Assembly (NCBI GenBank): GCA_964348745.1
Contig: CAYGDT010000001.1
Span: 1 to 41,504 of the forward strand
Direction: 5' to 3'
Length of the DNA: 41,504 bases
Source: an uncultured Candidatus Peribacteria bacterium
GTDB lineage: Bacteria; Patescibacteriota; Gracilibacteria; Peribacterales; Peribacteraceae
Shown piece by piece: positions 16,601 through 23,458 of this stretch (the stretch's first letter is position 1; every line of letters begins with the position of its first letter). The notes beneath the pieces are model-generated. The model had not been told where the DNA came from. It worked only from the letters and a program-made list of their open reading frames with translations, and searched no databases. Both the position numbers and the translations under genes were made by a program.

Positions 16601-16971
16601 AATTTACGTTGCCGGATAACTATCGTATCGTTACGATCGAAGATACGAATAGTCAACGTGATCCATTGCCTGTAGGCGATGAAGAGGGATCCGAAGTGGT
16701 AGAAGAGAAAGTGGTAGGAGAGGAAATAGAAGAAGTAGAGGAAGTAGAAGGAGGAGAGGAAGTTGAAGAAGTTGAAGAAATAGAGGAAATTGAGGAAGTA
16801 GAAGGAGGAGAAGCGGAGAGCGAATCCGGGGCTGGATCTCAAATACCTCCAGTGGAATCAGAGGAAAATATTCAAGAGGAGCAACCGAAAGAAGTATCGA
16901 ACGAACAGAATGACACTACACAACAAACGCCAACAGAGACCGTGAATCCGGTTGAGGATACTGCGTCATAG
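10687..16971 (+). CDS. Giant (2094 aa) HTH - TM - tail-fibre-like surface protein
   Basis: One uninterrupted ORF.
- aa 25-135: transposase-type HTH (ISETCRMFSISRSTFYRVIERF...LEDKP...RERIAEIL...SPSLIGRII).
- aa 180-205: one TM helix.
- Fibre-type motifs follow (IPYQGNVT...YNMRFKIFD...LWSE; SVPYALNSDKVDGLDATQFLRSD).
- Five copies of TASGR[VI]xHA[QE]DxLxSSGxLIVxG and a duplication of about 155 aa.
- Two DLAEAY/YAEWF...VALAGRVPV-type modules.
- A beta-helix-like G/V/S-rich region.
- A WNACIRN module and an acidic E/V tail. Confidence 0.8.
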   Translation: MFSLCSSDDAKRLYASVCASQLSERAKKRLDWIVYYLENGKSISETCRMFSISRSTFYRVIERFDPADITSLEDKPHAHCLRSHTELPAVAMERIRDERKREPTISRERIAEILASECGIAVSPSLIGRIINREGLFFGASLAHQKKRIEKTAVQDVDHSAIAVGNSAPTSSKLLFVPTRLTLMTLSIGIIIAAMVGGSLTATVLSSPKRENISDDLVIRCEEVLRTFASVLSWYKQHGRQYEVSESEQIELDACRSIIDGHTKNKSSTLKPLGAALRSILSIPRAYAAEGIFKKIPYQGNVTLTSGAGMSNGQYNMRFKIFDAASGGTELWSETWDSNTQPVTMTGGLFTVYLGTHIAMNNVDFNTDSLYLQVQFDPGNDDVYEETFSPRRRFASVPYALNSDKVDGLDATQFLRSDASDVMSGSLLIHQSGQSVSGADARVQLEIIGTASGRVLHAQDLLTSSGKLIVEGTSLLYGYVDIFRMLSIHDTASGRVLHAEDSLQSSGSLIVEGETTLNGALVLGSTIRINGVTYTFPAGDGSASGKVLKTNGTGQLAWSSDTTGSTYYAGAGLSLNGANFLSLSSTLTGTSLEITGTASGRIVHAQDLLRSSGALIVKGTTRLQSGAIIRMAAPLLILRSSVTSQQWELKGGSTLSSSFSIYDATAKKIRFVVGGSDGNTTIGTGVSVSNSRLYVWGGPNGANIDVRGDASIVGGDQSTIELEGNNYDVDPNSIRMTYYGASHGIGTTMGYSNNKLGVLAWQGVNTAIIAVQDIKPLLFGTSNKERMRLTETGSLAIGTATPGRSKLAVSGSTIMGFNIGSAAADAGLALEVLGTASGRIFHAQDELRSSGTLIVDGTTTLNGALVLGSTIRIGGVTYTFPVGDGSASGKVLKTNGAGQLSWSTDSTGGGGSYYAGQGLSLNGSNFLSLAATLTGTSLEIYGTASGRILHAQDQLRSSGTLIVKGTTRLQSGAIIKMTSPLLGDGLQFIIDQSQISGPGRIMAIDDNVGSEIFAINKYGFIKTERGYVSYDGFMGQEFNDERASAAADLATRGDDGTWVFDEGAATSTCTDIVAEGSISFDRMTNSATQPAGCAMFMGIGVGDIMGFTNAANLPRTLIKIRPGRATADAHTWAGLFIDWAPSATEPTEGIYFTNAAGGTWTGRINPASGASSDVVCTGQTISTTQFAALEIIVESSTIVRFKVDNDLSNGINFVDCGTGNPSGVTSNLGAGVFMGTTSTTSFTMDTDYVRVWTDDPKTSGQSVVQTPETPTELDLTTSADLAEAYPAIDAGSFGAGELVSIDEKGDGSVRKSKNPYEKNLIGVVSASPYDVMGAQSENTVAIALAGRVPVRVSTENGPIAVGESITSSSKPGIGMRASSAGPIIGKAMQAYDGQGEGIIMVFVYAGDYVGDGLYLLGSGANTIGESTQNSGTSAEYAEWFKVSNDHPIAGEVVCIDPTTPQSVAYCADEPSENIVGIVATRAQIVGNEFTGVQGLPVPGHVLVGLMGQTTVKVTTLEGKSIRIGDALTAASTKGFARKSIRGEPTIGVALEEFTGEDGTISILISRNNASHTMQEIEQKILDTVASMGLTEKMQSIIAQSIDTLDFGYSIKEEVREQLLALYLSEPQTADAPSVKPTLPELLTHARSFSGSTLFAGNVEVQGALSVSGPVNMSGSLTVAEILRTSHLTASGNLTVGGSARIMGDAYVEGTLTIASLIVPDALHVYGDMTVQGFVQAYHLSASSGATIRGSIDIDTQTGSIRIGSGSISIKSGNMILENGSIDVQELIVRKALLLHGDITVEGLAVFLGNLEVRGDLILSDRQAGFAEIPAGVSSVRISYGTGFIATPIITATPMSRLNTSWWIDAVTSSGFTIFSADPVPQNALFSWNAMLTNNPKTFKGTDSEKILIDFPVDSYGVPLSSNPAWNACIRNQTLIDEESGKPFNCSRYHQEQLWTQPDLLLEFLYDPEASPKFTLPDNYRIVTIEDTNSQRDPLPVGDEEGSEVVEEKVVGEEIEEVEEVEGGEEVEEVEEIEEIEEVEGGEAESESGAGSQIPPVESEENIQEEQPKEVSNEQNDTTQQTPTETVNPVEDTAS
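12142..12594 (+). repeat. Internal duplication, copy 1 (about 150 codons) within the giant gene
   Basis: Peptide ...DTASGRVLHAEDSLQSSGSLIVEGETTLNGALVLGSTIRINGVTYTFPAGDGSASGKVLKTNGTGQLAWS...TLTGTSLEITGTASGRIVHAQDLLRSSGALIVKGTTRLQSGAIIRMAAPLL. The similarity to copy 2 is also obvious at nucleotide level (for example ggtgcgctggttctcggttccactatccgtat). Confidence 0.85.
13168..13632 (+). repeat. Internal duplication, copy 2 within the giant gene
   Basis: Peptide LALEVLGTASGRIFHAQDELRSSGTLIVDGTTTLNGALVLGSTIRIGGVTYTFPVGDGSASGKVLKTNGAGQLSWS...TLTGTSLEIYGTASGRILHAQDQLRSSGTLIVKGTTRLQSGAIIKMTSPLL. It lies about 1.03 kb downstream of copy 1. Confidence 0.85.
16681..16825 (+). repeat. Purine-rich low-complexity coding repeat (acidic E/V/G tail of the giant protein)
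   Basis: GAA/GAG/GTA/GGA codon runs encode EEKVVGEEIEEVEEVEGGEEVEEVEEIEEIEEVEGGEAESE. Confidence 0.8.
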
Positions 16972-17007
16972 CACGTGCAAGAACGCACGGGAACCATGAA
17001 TCAAACA

Positions 17008-17739
17008 TCAACGGGAATCAGCGAAAAACTGCAGAGGATTTTGTTGCTGCCCATTGACGCGAACCTCAAAGTGAAGATGGATGCCTGTCGGACCGCGCAC
17101 ATTGCCGGAATTGCCCATAAAACCAATCACCTGACCCGCAGTGACGGTGTCACCCTTTTTAAGATAGAGATCTTTATTGTGCCCATACAGTGTCATGAGA
17201 CCGAACCCATGATCGATTTCCACCATTGTTCCGTATCCTTCGTTCCATCCTGATCCTGAACGTACGACCGTTCCGTCCGCAGCTGCAAAAATTGGACCTC
17301 CTCCGCGAGTCTGCACATCGATTCCACGATGTTCATCGCTATAGAACTGCGTCACAAAACAAGAGGAATTGCAGGGCTTTAATAGAAATAGTGGCATGTG
17401 CGCAGGCGCACTTGAAACAGTAGAGACTGAAGAACGAGGATGTATTGCAGATTCGGATGCATTCCGAGGAATAATCAACTCCTGACCAGCGATGATAAAT
17501 TCACCTTCGAGGAGATTTTTTGCGACTATTCTTTGAGGGGTTACATCGTACATCGCAGCTATTTCGTCAAGGGTTTCGCCTTTTTGCACGGAGTGGAATA
17601 CCGTGCCCGAACGGAGCGGCACAGGCGTTTGAATACCGGGAATTTTCTCTTCGATGATTTGCGAACAACCGGTTAAAGCCAACAACAACACCAAAAGACC
17701 GCAATAGCCCCGAAAGTGTTTACTATGAAGATTGCACAT
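17008..17739 (-). CDS. LysM-domain M23-family peptidoglycan endopeptidase lipoprotein
   Basis: Start at ATG 17739 gives lipoprotein signal ...LLLALTGC. LysM motif: VQKGETLDEIAAMYDVTPQRIVAKN...AGQELIIP. M23 motifs: HRGIDV, DGTVV, YGHN and GNSG...GIHLHFEV. Confidence 0.85.
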   Translation of the reverse strand: MCNLHSKHFRGYCGLLVLLLALTGCSQIIEEKIPGIQTPVPLRSGTVFHSVQKGETLDEIAAMYDVTPQRIVAKNLLEGEFIIAGQELIIPRNASESAIHPRSSVSTVSSAPAHMPLFLLKPCNSSCFVTQFYSDEHRGIDVQTRGGGPIFAAADGTVVRSGSGWNEGYGTMVEIDHGFGLMTLYGHNKDLYLKKGDTVTAGQVIGFMGNSGNVRGPTGIHLHFEVRVNGQQQNPLQFFADSR

Positions 17740-17797
17740 TCTCACGAATATACTACTGGAGAAACGGTACTCTTCCCATATGCTATACTCCGTATCC

Positions 17798-18172
17798 ATG
17801 CAATTCACCGCAGACGTTATCACCGGCTCTGGAAACGGAAAGAAACTCGGATTCCCCACAGTAAACCTGAACACATCCTCCGTTCCTGAGGATCTTTGTG
17901 AAGGCGTGTACGCCTGTTTCGCACGTCTTGGAAACTATGGCCTACGTCTCCCTGCTGCAATGCACTACGGAGCGCGGCCGACCCTCGGTGACACACGTTC
18001 CTGCGAGGTGCACGTGATCGATCATGCCGTAGAGTTCCCACCGCGCACTGTGACGGTTGATGTAGTAGAAAAACTGCGGGACGTCCAGAATTTCGGATCG
18101 AAAGAAGCACTGATTGCACAGCTTAAGCAAGACATCGCACACGCACGCACCGTGTTATGCGTCCCATGCTGA
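17798..18172 (+). CDS. Riboflavin kinase (stand-alone kinase domain, no FAD-synthetase domain)
   Basis: Start at ATG 17798. Motifs GSGNGKKLGFPTVNL, GVYA, HYGARPT and EVHVID...VEKLRD...F match the RibF C-terminal (flavokinase) domain. Confidence 0.75.
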   Translation: MQFTADVITGSGNGKKLGFPTVNLNTSSVPEDLCEGVYACFARLGNYGLRLPAAMHYGARPTLGDTRSCEVHVIDHAVEFPPRTVTVDVVEKLRDVQNFGSKEALIAQLKQDIAHARTVLCVPC

Positions 18173-19437
18173 AATCAATCAATGCACTCATCGGGCAACG
18201 GAGTGTACTGCGTTTAGCGTGGCACAAAGGAAAGGCGCTTCTCGCCGCGCTGCGTTATGGTTTCCCTGCACGCAGCCTCACTGTCATCGGCATCACCGGA
18301 ACCGACGGCAAGACGACGACTGTCGGTATGCTTGCACAAATTCTCTCTGCATGCGGCAAACGCGTTGGCGCTGCTTCAACTGCTTTTTTGCAGATCAATG
18401 ATCTGCGTGAGGAGAATGCAACACACCTCACTTCGATCAGTCCGTTTACCCTGCAGAAGTTTTTACGCAAACTTGTGCGCATGCAATGCAAGTTCGCCGT
18501 AATCGAAATGTCCTCGCACGGGCTGGTACAAGGCAGGACAGACTGGACATTCCCAAGTATTGCAGGAATCACCAACACCGCACTCGAGCACCTCGACTAC
18601 CATGGAACGATGGAGCAGTACCGCAAAGACAAGGGAATACTGTTTATGATGCTGCGCGGCAATGGAACCAAAGTCCTGAATGCAGACGACGAGAGTTATG
18701 AGCAATATCGATCCATACGAAGTAAGGAGACGATTACCTTCGGTGATACGGAATCCGATCTTTTTGTCAGCGAAATTGCAGCAGATGCAACTGGTAGCAG
18801 CGCGAAACTTCATGCCAACGACGGAATATTTGCATTGAAATTGAATATTCCCGGAACCTATAACCTTCAAAACGCTCTCTGCGCCATCGGCTGCGCACAG
18901 GCAGCGGGCATAGCAACCGCAGATGCGGCAATGGCACTTGCAACGTTTTGCGCAATCCCCGGAAGAATGGAACGGATAGATGAAGGACAAGAGTTTTCCG
19001 TCTTCGTAGATTTCGCTGTTTCGCCTCAATCGTATGAAAAAACACTGCAGGCACTGCGCGCCATGGTCGGGGGAAATCAACGGGTCTTAGTTCTCTGTGG
19101 AAGCTGCGGAAACCGCATGCGTGAGAAGCGACCGGAGATCGGCCGTATTTGCAGCACTCTGGCAGATGTCGTCGTCGTCACCGAGGATGAAACGTACGGC
19201 GAAGATCCGAAGATTCCTTGGGAAGAAGTCTGGAGTGGTATCGATCAAACCGCATGCGAAGCACACAAAGTTTTCGATAGGAAAGAAGCGATCACATTCC
19301 TCCTTGCACAAGCTATGCCAGGTGACGCAGTCGTGCTCTGCGGCATGGGGCCGTTCAGCACTTTTACAAAACTGGAAGGGAGGATCCCGTGGGATGAACG
19401 TGAAATTGCACGGGAGATCCTGCGAAGCATACAGTGA
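18157..19437 (+). CDS. murE: Mur ligase, MurE-like (UDP-MurNAc-L-Ala-D-Glu : diamino acid ligase) with a short N-terminal domain
   Basis: P-loop VIGITGTDGKTTT, then VIEMSSHGLVQGR and ITNTALEHLDYHGTMEQYRKDK (the MurE-type DHLDxHG motif), plus a C-terminal domain with VVVTEDE. It overlaps the riboflavin kinase stop by 16 nt. Confidence 0.7.
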   Translation: MRPMLKSINALIGQRSVLRLAWHKGKALLAALRYGFPARSLTVIGITGTDGKTTTVGMLAQILSACGKRVGAASTAFLQINDLREENATHLTSISPFTLQKFLRKLVRMQCKFAVIEMSSHGLVQGRTDWTFPSIAGITNTALEHLDYHGTMEQYRKDKGILFMMLRGNGTKVLNADDESYEQYRSIRSKETITFGDTESDLFVSEIAADATGSSAKLHANDGIFALKLNIPGTYNLQNALCAIGCAQAAGIATADAAMALATFCAIPGRMERIDEGQEFSVFVDFAVSPQSYEKTLQALRAMVGGNQRVLVLCGSCGNRMREKRPEIGRICSTLADVVVVTEDETYGEDPKIPWEEVWSGIDQTACEAHKVFDRKEAITFLLAQAMPGDAVVLCGMGPFSTFTKLEGRIPWDEREIAREILRSIQ

Positions 19438-19505
19438 CGGCAGCGTCGGTTCTCATGCTAGGATACTTTTGATAATCTTTAGGTATATCCGTACTATTTG
19501 TTAAT

Positions 19506-20084
19506 TTGCCAATTTCTCCGGTCATCGTCGGAATCGACGAAGCAGGCAGAGGAGCACTCGCCGGACCTGTTGTAGCTGGTGCATGCCTGCTAATGGATGA
19601 TCTTGCGACGCATCCGCTGATCAAAGACAGTAAGCAACTCAAACCCGTCGAGCGCGAAGAAGCCTATGCATGGATCGAGAAAAACTGCACATTCGGGTAT
19701 GGAATCGTCGAGGGGAACGAAGTCGACACAATCGGTATTCTTGGAGCAACGGAAAAAGCCATGAACGCTGCTCTCTCCATGGTGGAGGGCTCCGTCACGC
19801 CAACATACCTACTCGTCGACGGGCGCGACAAGTTCTGGTTTAACTACCCTCACAGTGGCATTGTTCGAGGCGACGAATCGGAACCTTGCATCTCCGCGGC
19901 ATCGATCGTGGCAAAAGTAATCCGCGACAGACTGATGGTGCAACATGCGAAGAGTTTTCCGAAGTACAACTTTCAGGAGCACAAAGGCTACGGGGCGCCT
20001 CTGCACATCGAAGCAATCGAAATGTTCGGACCATGCCCGCTGCATCGGCGAACATTCCTGCGAAATATTCTTCGTAGTACATGA
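19506..20084 (+). CDS. rnhB: Ribonuclease HII
   Basis: VGIDEAGRGALAGPVVAGA catalytic motif at the N-terminus, then DSKQL, ASIVAK and HKGYG motifs. Only a TTG start is available upstream of the DEAGRG motif. Confidence 0.85.
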   Translation: MPISPVIVGIDEAGRGALAGPVVAGACLLMDDLATHPLIKDSKQLKPVEREEAYAWIEKNCTFGYGIVEGNEVDTIGILGATEKAMNAALSMVEGSVTPTYLLVDGRDKFWFNYPHSGIVRGDESEPCISAASIVAKVIRDRLMVQHAKSFPKYNFQEHKGYGAPLHIEAIEMFGPCPLHRRTFLRNILRST

Positions 20085-20090
20085 TTGCAT

Positions 20091-20185
20091 ATCAGTGATC
20101 AGGAATTGGGAATCGGTTATTCTCTTGGTCCGATAACCGATCACTGATTCCCGATAACCGATAGCCGATCACTGATCACTGATCG
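20091..20185. repeat. Simple-sequence inverted-repeat hairpin between convergent rnhB and lgt
   Basis: ATCGGTTAT (20112-20120) pairs with ATAACCGAT (20133-20141). TCAGTGA (20092-20098) pairs with TCACTGA (20141-20147). The units GATCACTGAT and CGATAACCGAT recur 3x and 2x on the right arm, which runs into the last codons of lgt (..TISDQ*). Confidence 0.6.
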
Positions 20186-20936
20186 TTTCTCCATTACCAG
20201 ATCTTCTCTGAAGAAACACCAGTAACACAATCGCGATTGCGATAATCGGCAATGTCAGCAACTGCCCCCGCGATAGTTCGATGCCCAGAAGATGCATATA
20301 ACCGTACGGCTGGTCGCGGAAGATTTCAACGACAAAGCGAAGAACTCCATACAAAAGCAGAAACATGGCAAAAGTCTGACCTGTTTCAAAGCGCCGGGAC
20401 CGAAGCATCGCGTAGCATACGCATGCCATACAGAGATCCTGCGCCATCGAGTAGAAAAATGTAGGATGCCGCAACCCCTCCACTCCGGGTATGGAAATTG
20501 CCCAAGGCAGCGTGGTGACCGTGCCATAGAGTTCGAGGTTGATGAAGTTCCCGAAGCGCCCAAACGCAAGACCAAGCGCTACAGGGACGCTCATACAATC
20601 AAGGAACGGCAACAGGGGGACTTTTCTTTTTTTGAGAGCAAACCAAAGCGAAATCGTGACACCAAGAAAACCGCCGTGCGAAGACATGCCTCCGTTCCAG
20701 ACAGCAAAAATCTCCAGCGGGTGCTGTACGAAGTACGGCAGCTCGTAAAAAACGACATAGCCGAGTCTTCCACCAACAATCACGCCGAGGACAACCGCAG
20801 AGAGAATTGCAGAGAGCGTATCGGGTGATAACGTGAGTGAGCGATAGCGCAGCAACCGCGGAAGTGAAACATAAGCAATGATAAATGCCAGCAGATACAA
20901 TAGTCCGTACCAATGGATGGGGAATCCAAGGATCAC
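20169..20936 (-). CDS. lgt: Prolipoprotein diacylglyceryl transferase
   Basis: HWYGLLYLLAFIIAY, GGRLGYVVFY, WNGGMSSHGGFLG and GRFGNFINLELYG are canonical Lgt motifs. The protein is polytopic. Confidence 0.88.
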   Translation of the reverse strand: MILGFPIHWYGLLYLLAFIIAYVSLPRLLRYRSLTLSPDTLSAILSAVVLGVIVGGRLGYVVFYELPYFVQHPLEIFAVWNGGMSSHGGFLGVTISLWFALKKRKVPLLPFLDCMSVPVALGLAFGRFGNFINLELYGTVTTLPWAISIPGVEGLRHPTFFYSMAQDLCMACVCYAMLRSRRFETGQTFAMFLLLYGVLRFVVEIFRDQPYGYMHLLGIELSRGQLLTLPIIAIAIVLLVFLQRRSGNGETISDQ

Positions 20937-21015
20937 GAGGGCAACGGTGCGGGAAGGGAAGAAGTGGATAAAGGATTAAGGATAGTGGATAACAATGGTT
21001 TGTCGATATTGTAGA

Positions 21016-21034
21016 TGCGCACCACTGGTGCGCA
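21016..21034 (-). terminator. Palindromic hairpin just downstream of the 21045-22490 gene
   Basis: TGCGCACCA-C-TGGTGCGCA, a GC-rich palindrome 10 nt past the stop. No clear U-run follows. Confidence 0.35.
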
Positions 21035-21044
21035 GCGCGCATTA

Positions 21045-22490
21045 TTACGAAGAGCAAACAGATTCCAGTAACGGCTGGCCATCCAATTTTTTCAAACACG
21101 GATCATTGAAAAGATGGTCAGCACGTTCGCCGTAGTAATCGGTGAATGTTTTCGTAAAAAAGAAATACACCGGACCTTGGAGTCCGGCGAGTAATGCTTT
21201 ACGATCGGCATTTGAGCCGTCAATGAACGCTTGCCAATCTTCATACGTCCAAACGGGGAAATCGAGGAGACCCGGCGCACCGACCCGCAGATCAGGAAGC
21301 CAACCGAGCAACCACGGACCGGAGACATCCTCCAGTGCGATAACCGCTGCATTCGGAGGAAGAGTCTCTCGAAGACTGACAATCTTCAAAAGCTCCTGAC
21401 GGGAAAAGAGTGGCACCCGCGTGAGACTTACCTGCAACGAAACGACTGCCTGCGCGAGCAAGAGTACGACGAGCAACCCTCGTGCCCATGGTGCACTGAA
21501 CTTTTTCCAAAACTCTGCGATTGCGGCTGCTGCAAAGGGCATCAGAAAGAAATCCAACTGAAGAAAGAACCGCTGATAAAAGACAAATCGAAACACGACG
21601 AAAACCGCGCACACAAGTACCGAAAGTTGCCACAAGCTTCCACGCTCACTCCGGAAACTTCGAACAAACCCTGCTATACCAAAAAGCAAGAGTATTCCCA
21701 TGGTTCGTACGTAGTACATTCTCTCCGGGAACGTGCCCGGGGGAGCATCATCTCCATACAAGAGAAAGATCGATTTTAACGGGCTGAGGATTGCCCTGTT
21801 CCACTGTGGCAAATACCAGAGAAACGAAATTCCGGCAGCCACAAGAAGGCCGACGGTCAACACGCGGTAACGCATATTGCTTCTGGATCGGGGCAGGATG
21901 ATCAACCACCAAAGACCGAGTGCAAGAATCAACACAAGCCCCGTCTGCTGATGGACGAGCACAGTCAGCAGTGCAGTAAGCAAGAAAAGTGGAGACAGGC
22001 GCTCCGCAAAATAGTAGGTGAGAACGGTCAACAGTAAAGAAACAACTGTTTTCCAGTACATCGCATAGAACCCGTCGTAGAAGGGAGCCGACAGAAAGCC
22101 AACAAGCAACACCAGAACCCCGACACTCGTGCCGTGCCGCTTTGCCGTCACCCATGCCAGTACGCAAAGGGTGAAAACAGGCATGAGGTTCCAGATCCAA
22201 CCAATTGCCGCATCAACAGGCAATCCAATATTAATCAAGATGCCAAACAGGACATACAGAGCGGGTGGATACTCCTGCGCCCATTGCGGCAAATCGGGCA
22301 GATTGAGATACGAAAGGCTCTGCGCATAGTGCAAAAACAAATAGCGATACATGCCTACGTCATATCCCAGAGGTACATCAAAACGCATGAGGGGAAGCAA
22401 AAACTTGACGAGCAACGCCAAAAGAAGAACTCCAATGGAGAGGGAAACAGCATGACGACGCACCAAAGACTTCAATACGGAAGACTGCAT
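21045..22490 (-). CDS. Polytopic membrane protein with a C-terminal soluble domain, possibly a GT-C-type glycosyltransferase
   Basis: Start at ATG 22490 (MQSSVLKSL...), downstream of the sortase stop at 22534. About 11-12 hydrophobic segments are followed by about 120 aa of soluble sequence. The layout resembles ArnT/PMT-like GT-C enzymes, but I cannot point to a diagnostic catalytic motif. Confidence 0.45.
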   Translation of the reverse strand: MQSSVLKSLVRRHAVSLSIGVLLLALLVKFLLPLMRFDVPLGYDVGMYRYLFLHYAQSLSYLNLPDLPQWAQEYPPALYVLFGILINIGLPVDAAIGWIWNLMPVFTLCVLAWVTAKRHGTSVGVLVLLVGFLSAPFYDGFYAMYWKTVVSLLLTVLTYYFAERLSPLFLLTALLTVLVHQQTGLVLILALGLWWLIILPRSRSNMRYRVLTVGLLVAAGISFLWYLPQWNRAILSPLKSIFLLYGDDAPPGTFPERMYYVRTMGILLLFGIAGFVRSFRSERGSLWQLSVLVCAVFVVFRFVFYQRFFLQLDFFLMPFAAAAIAEFWKKFSAPWARGLLVVLLLAQAVVSLQVSLTRVPLFSRQELLKIVSLRETLPPNAAVIALEDVSGPWLLGWLPDLRVGAPGLLDFPVWTYEDWQAFIDGSNADRKALLAGLQGPVYFFFTKTFTDYYGERADHLFNDPCLKKLDGQPLLESVCSS

Positions 22491-22533
22491 GCTGCCAGCA
22501 TACGTGCTACAGAGATTTGATACCAGCGGGGGA

Positions 22534-23391
22534 TTACTCCTCGATCTTCCTAGCAAGCACAATCATACGGTCGCGCGTTGTTCCGACAGGGTAGCAGGTG
22601 ATCATTTTCAGAATGCTTGCATCGTACTGTTGTTCGAGAATGGAGGTGGCAGACGGGGAGACAACTTCCTTGCTCTCGACATTGTACGCAATACCACTGA
22701 CGACGATCTGCTCGCCTATGGCGATGTCCGGCAGTTTTGCAAACAATCTGCCAAAATCGCTGTCTCTCGAGCGAGAATCGGGAGGGCTGCTATGACCGGC
22801 GACAATCAACGTTCCTTGTTGACCTGGATTTACAGAATGTGGATAGGCAACCGCACCGTAGCTTAATCCCACTTGCATTTGCTCTTCAAGAGATTGCCAA
22901 TCATGGGCTGACCAATGCGTCATCGAAGGTAGTAGTACAGGTGCCTTGATACCGAGACTTGGAACCGAAAGTGTCCAAGCATACCGGAGATCCCACTCAC
23001 GAATTTCGTTCGTTGCCGCTGCACGCAAAGTCTCCTTTTGCTGCACAGGTTCTTGCTGTACTGCCAATGTAGGGACATCAGAAGGCGAAGGTTTCAGCGT
23101 AGCCTGAACATGGGTACTTTCAACACGCTGCGTATAGTGTTCCCCAAGATCATCGACAATAACCTCGGAGACTGCGGCAGTCGTATTGACAGTCTGCGCT
23201 GCTGAGAGTGAATCCAACATGCTCTTTAGTGTTGTCAATACATCGGACGGAACCTGAGGAAAAGCAACATGTGAAATCAGTGCAGTCCAAATGGAAAACG
23301 ATGCGAATATCGCAAGAATAGCCACTACGAACGCTTTAGTTTTATGTTTGTTCACTATTAATATTATACAATATTTGTTGATATTTGGCAA
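22534..23391 (-). CDS. Sortase-family transpeptidase (membrane-anchored)
   Basis: N-terminal TM anchor. Catalytic His in LIVAGHSS, the TLxTC-type motif LKMITCYPVG, and the catalytic Arg in TTRDRMIV. Confidence 0.8.
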   Translation of the reverse strand: MPNINKYCIILIVNKHKTKAFVVAILAIFASFSIWTALISHVAFPQVPSDVLTTLKSMLDSLSAAQTVNTTAAVSEVIVDDLGEHYTQRVESTHVQATLKPSPSDVPTLAVQQEPVQQKETLRAAATNEIREWDLRYAWTLSVPSLGIKAPVLLPSMTHWSAHDWQSLEEQMQVGLSYGAVAYPHSVNPGQQGTLIVAGHSSPPDSRSRDSDFGRLFAKLPDIAIGEQIVVSGIAYNVESKEVVSPSATSILEQQYDASILKMITCYPVGTTRDRMIVLARKIEE

Positions 23392-23458
23392 TGTCTCATT
23401 CCCCTTTCATTTGGATCTCCTAGGGGTTTCAAGCCAATCTTTGTAGTATGCATGGACT

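Noticed and set aside
16543-16842. 99-aa minus-strand ORF rich in F/Y/L/N (FYFLNFLYFFNFFNF)
   Set aside because: It is the antisense translation of the purine-rich acidic repeat of the giant gene, and so an artefact of low-complexity sequence.
10687-17739. Prophage or tailocin remnant, suggested by tail-fibre-like motifs plus the adjacent M23 lysin
   Set aside because: No capsid, portal, terminase, tape-measure, baseplate or integrase genes occur anywhere in the window. The fibre-like protein has its own TM anchor, so it reads as a cellular surface protein.
18463-19080. 205-aa antisense ORF inside murE, plus smaller ORFs at 18255-18578 and 18767-19054
   Set aside because: They lie opposite a gene with unambiguous Mur-ligase motifs. 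These are shadow ORFs.
20292-21099. 178-aa (+) and 166-aa (-) ORFs overlapping lgt and its downstream region
   Set aside because: The lgt frame carries canonical motifs. The alternatives are Arg/Lys- or Cys-rich and have no start context.
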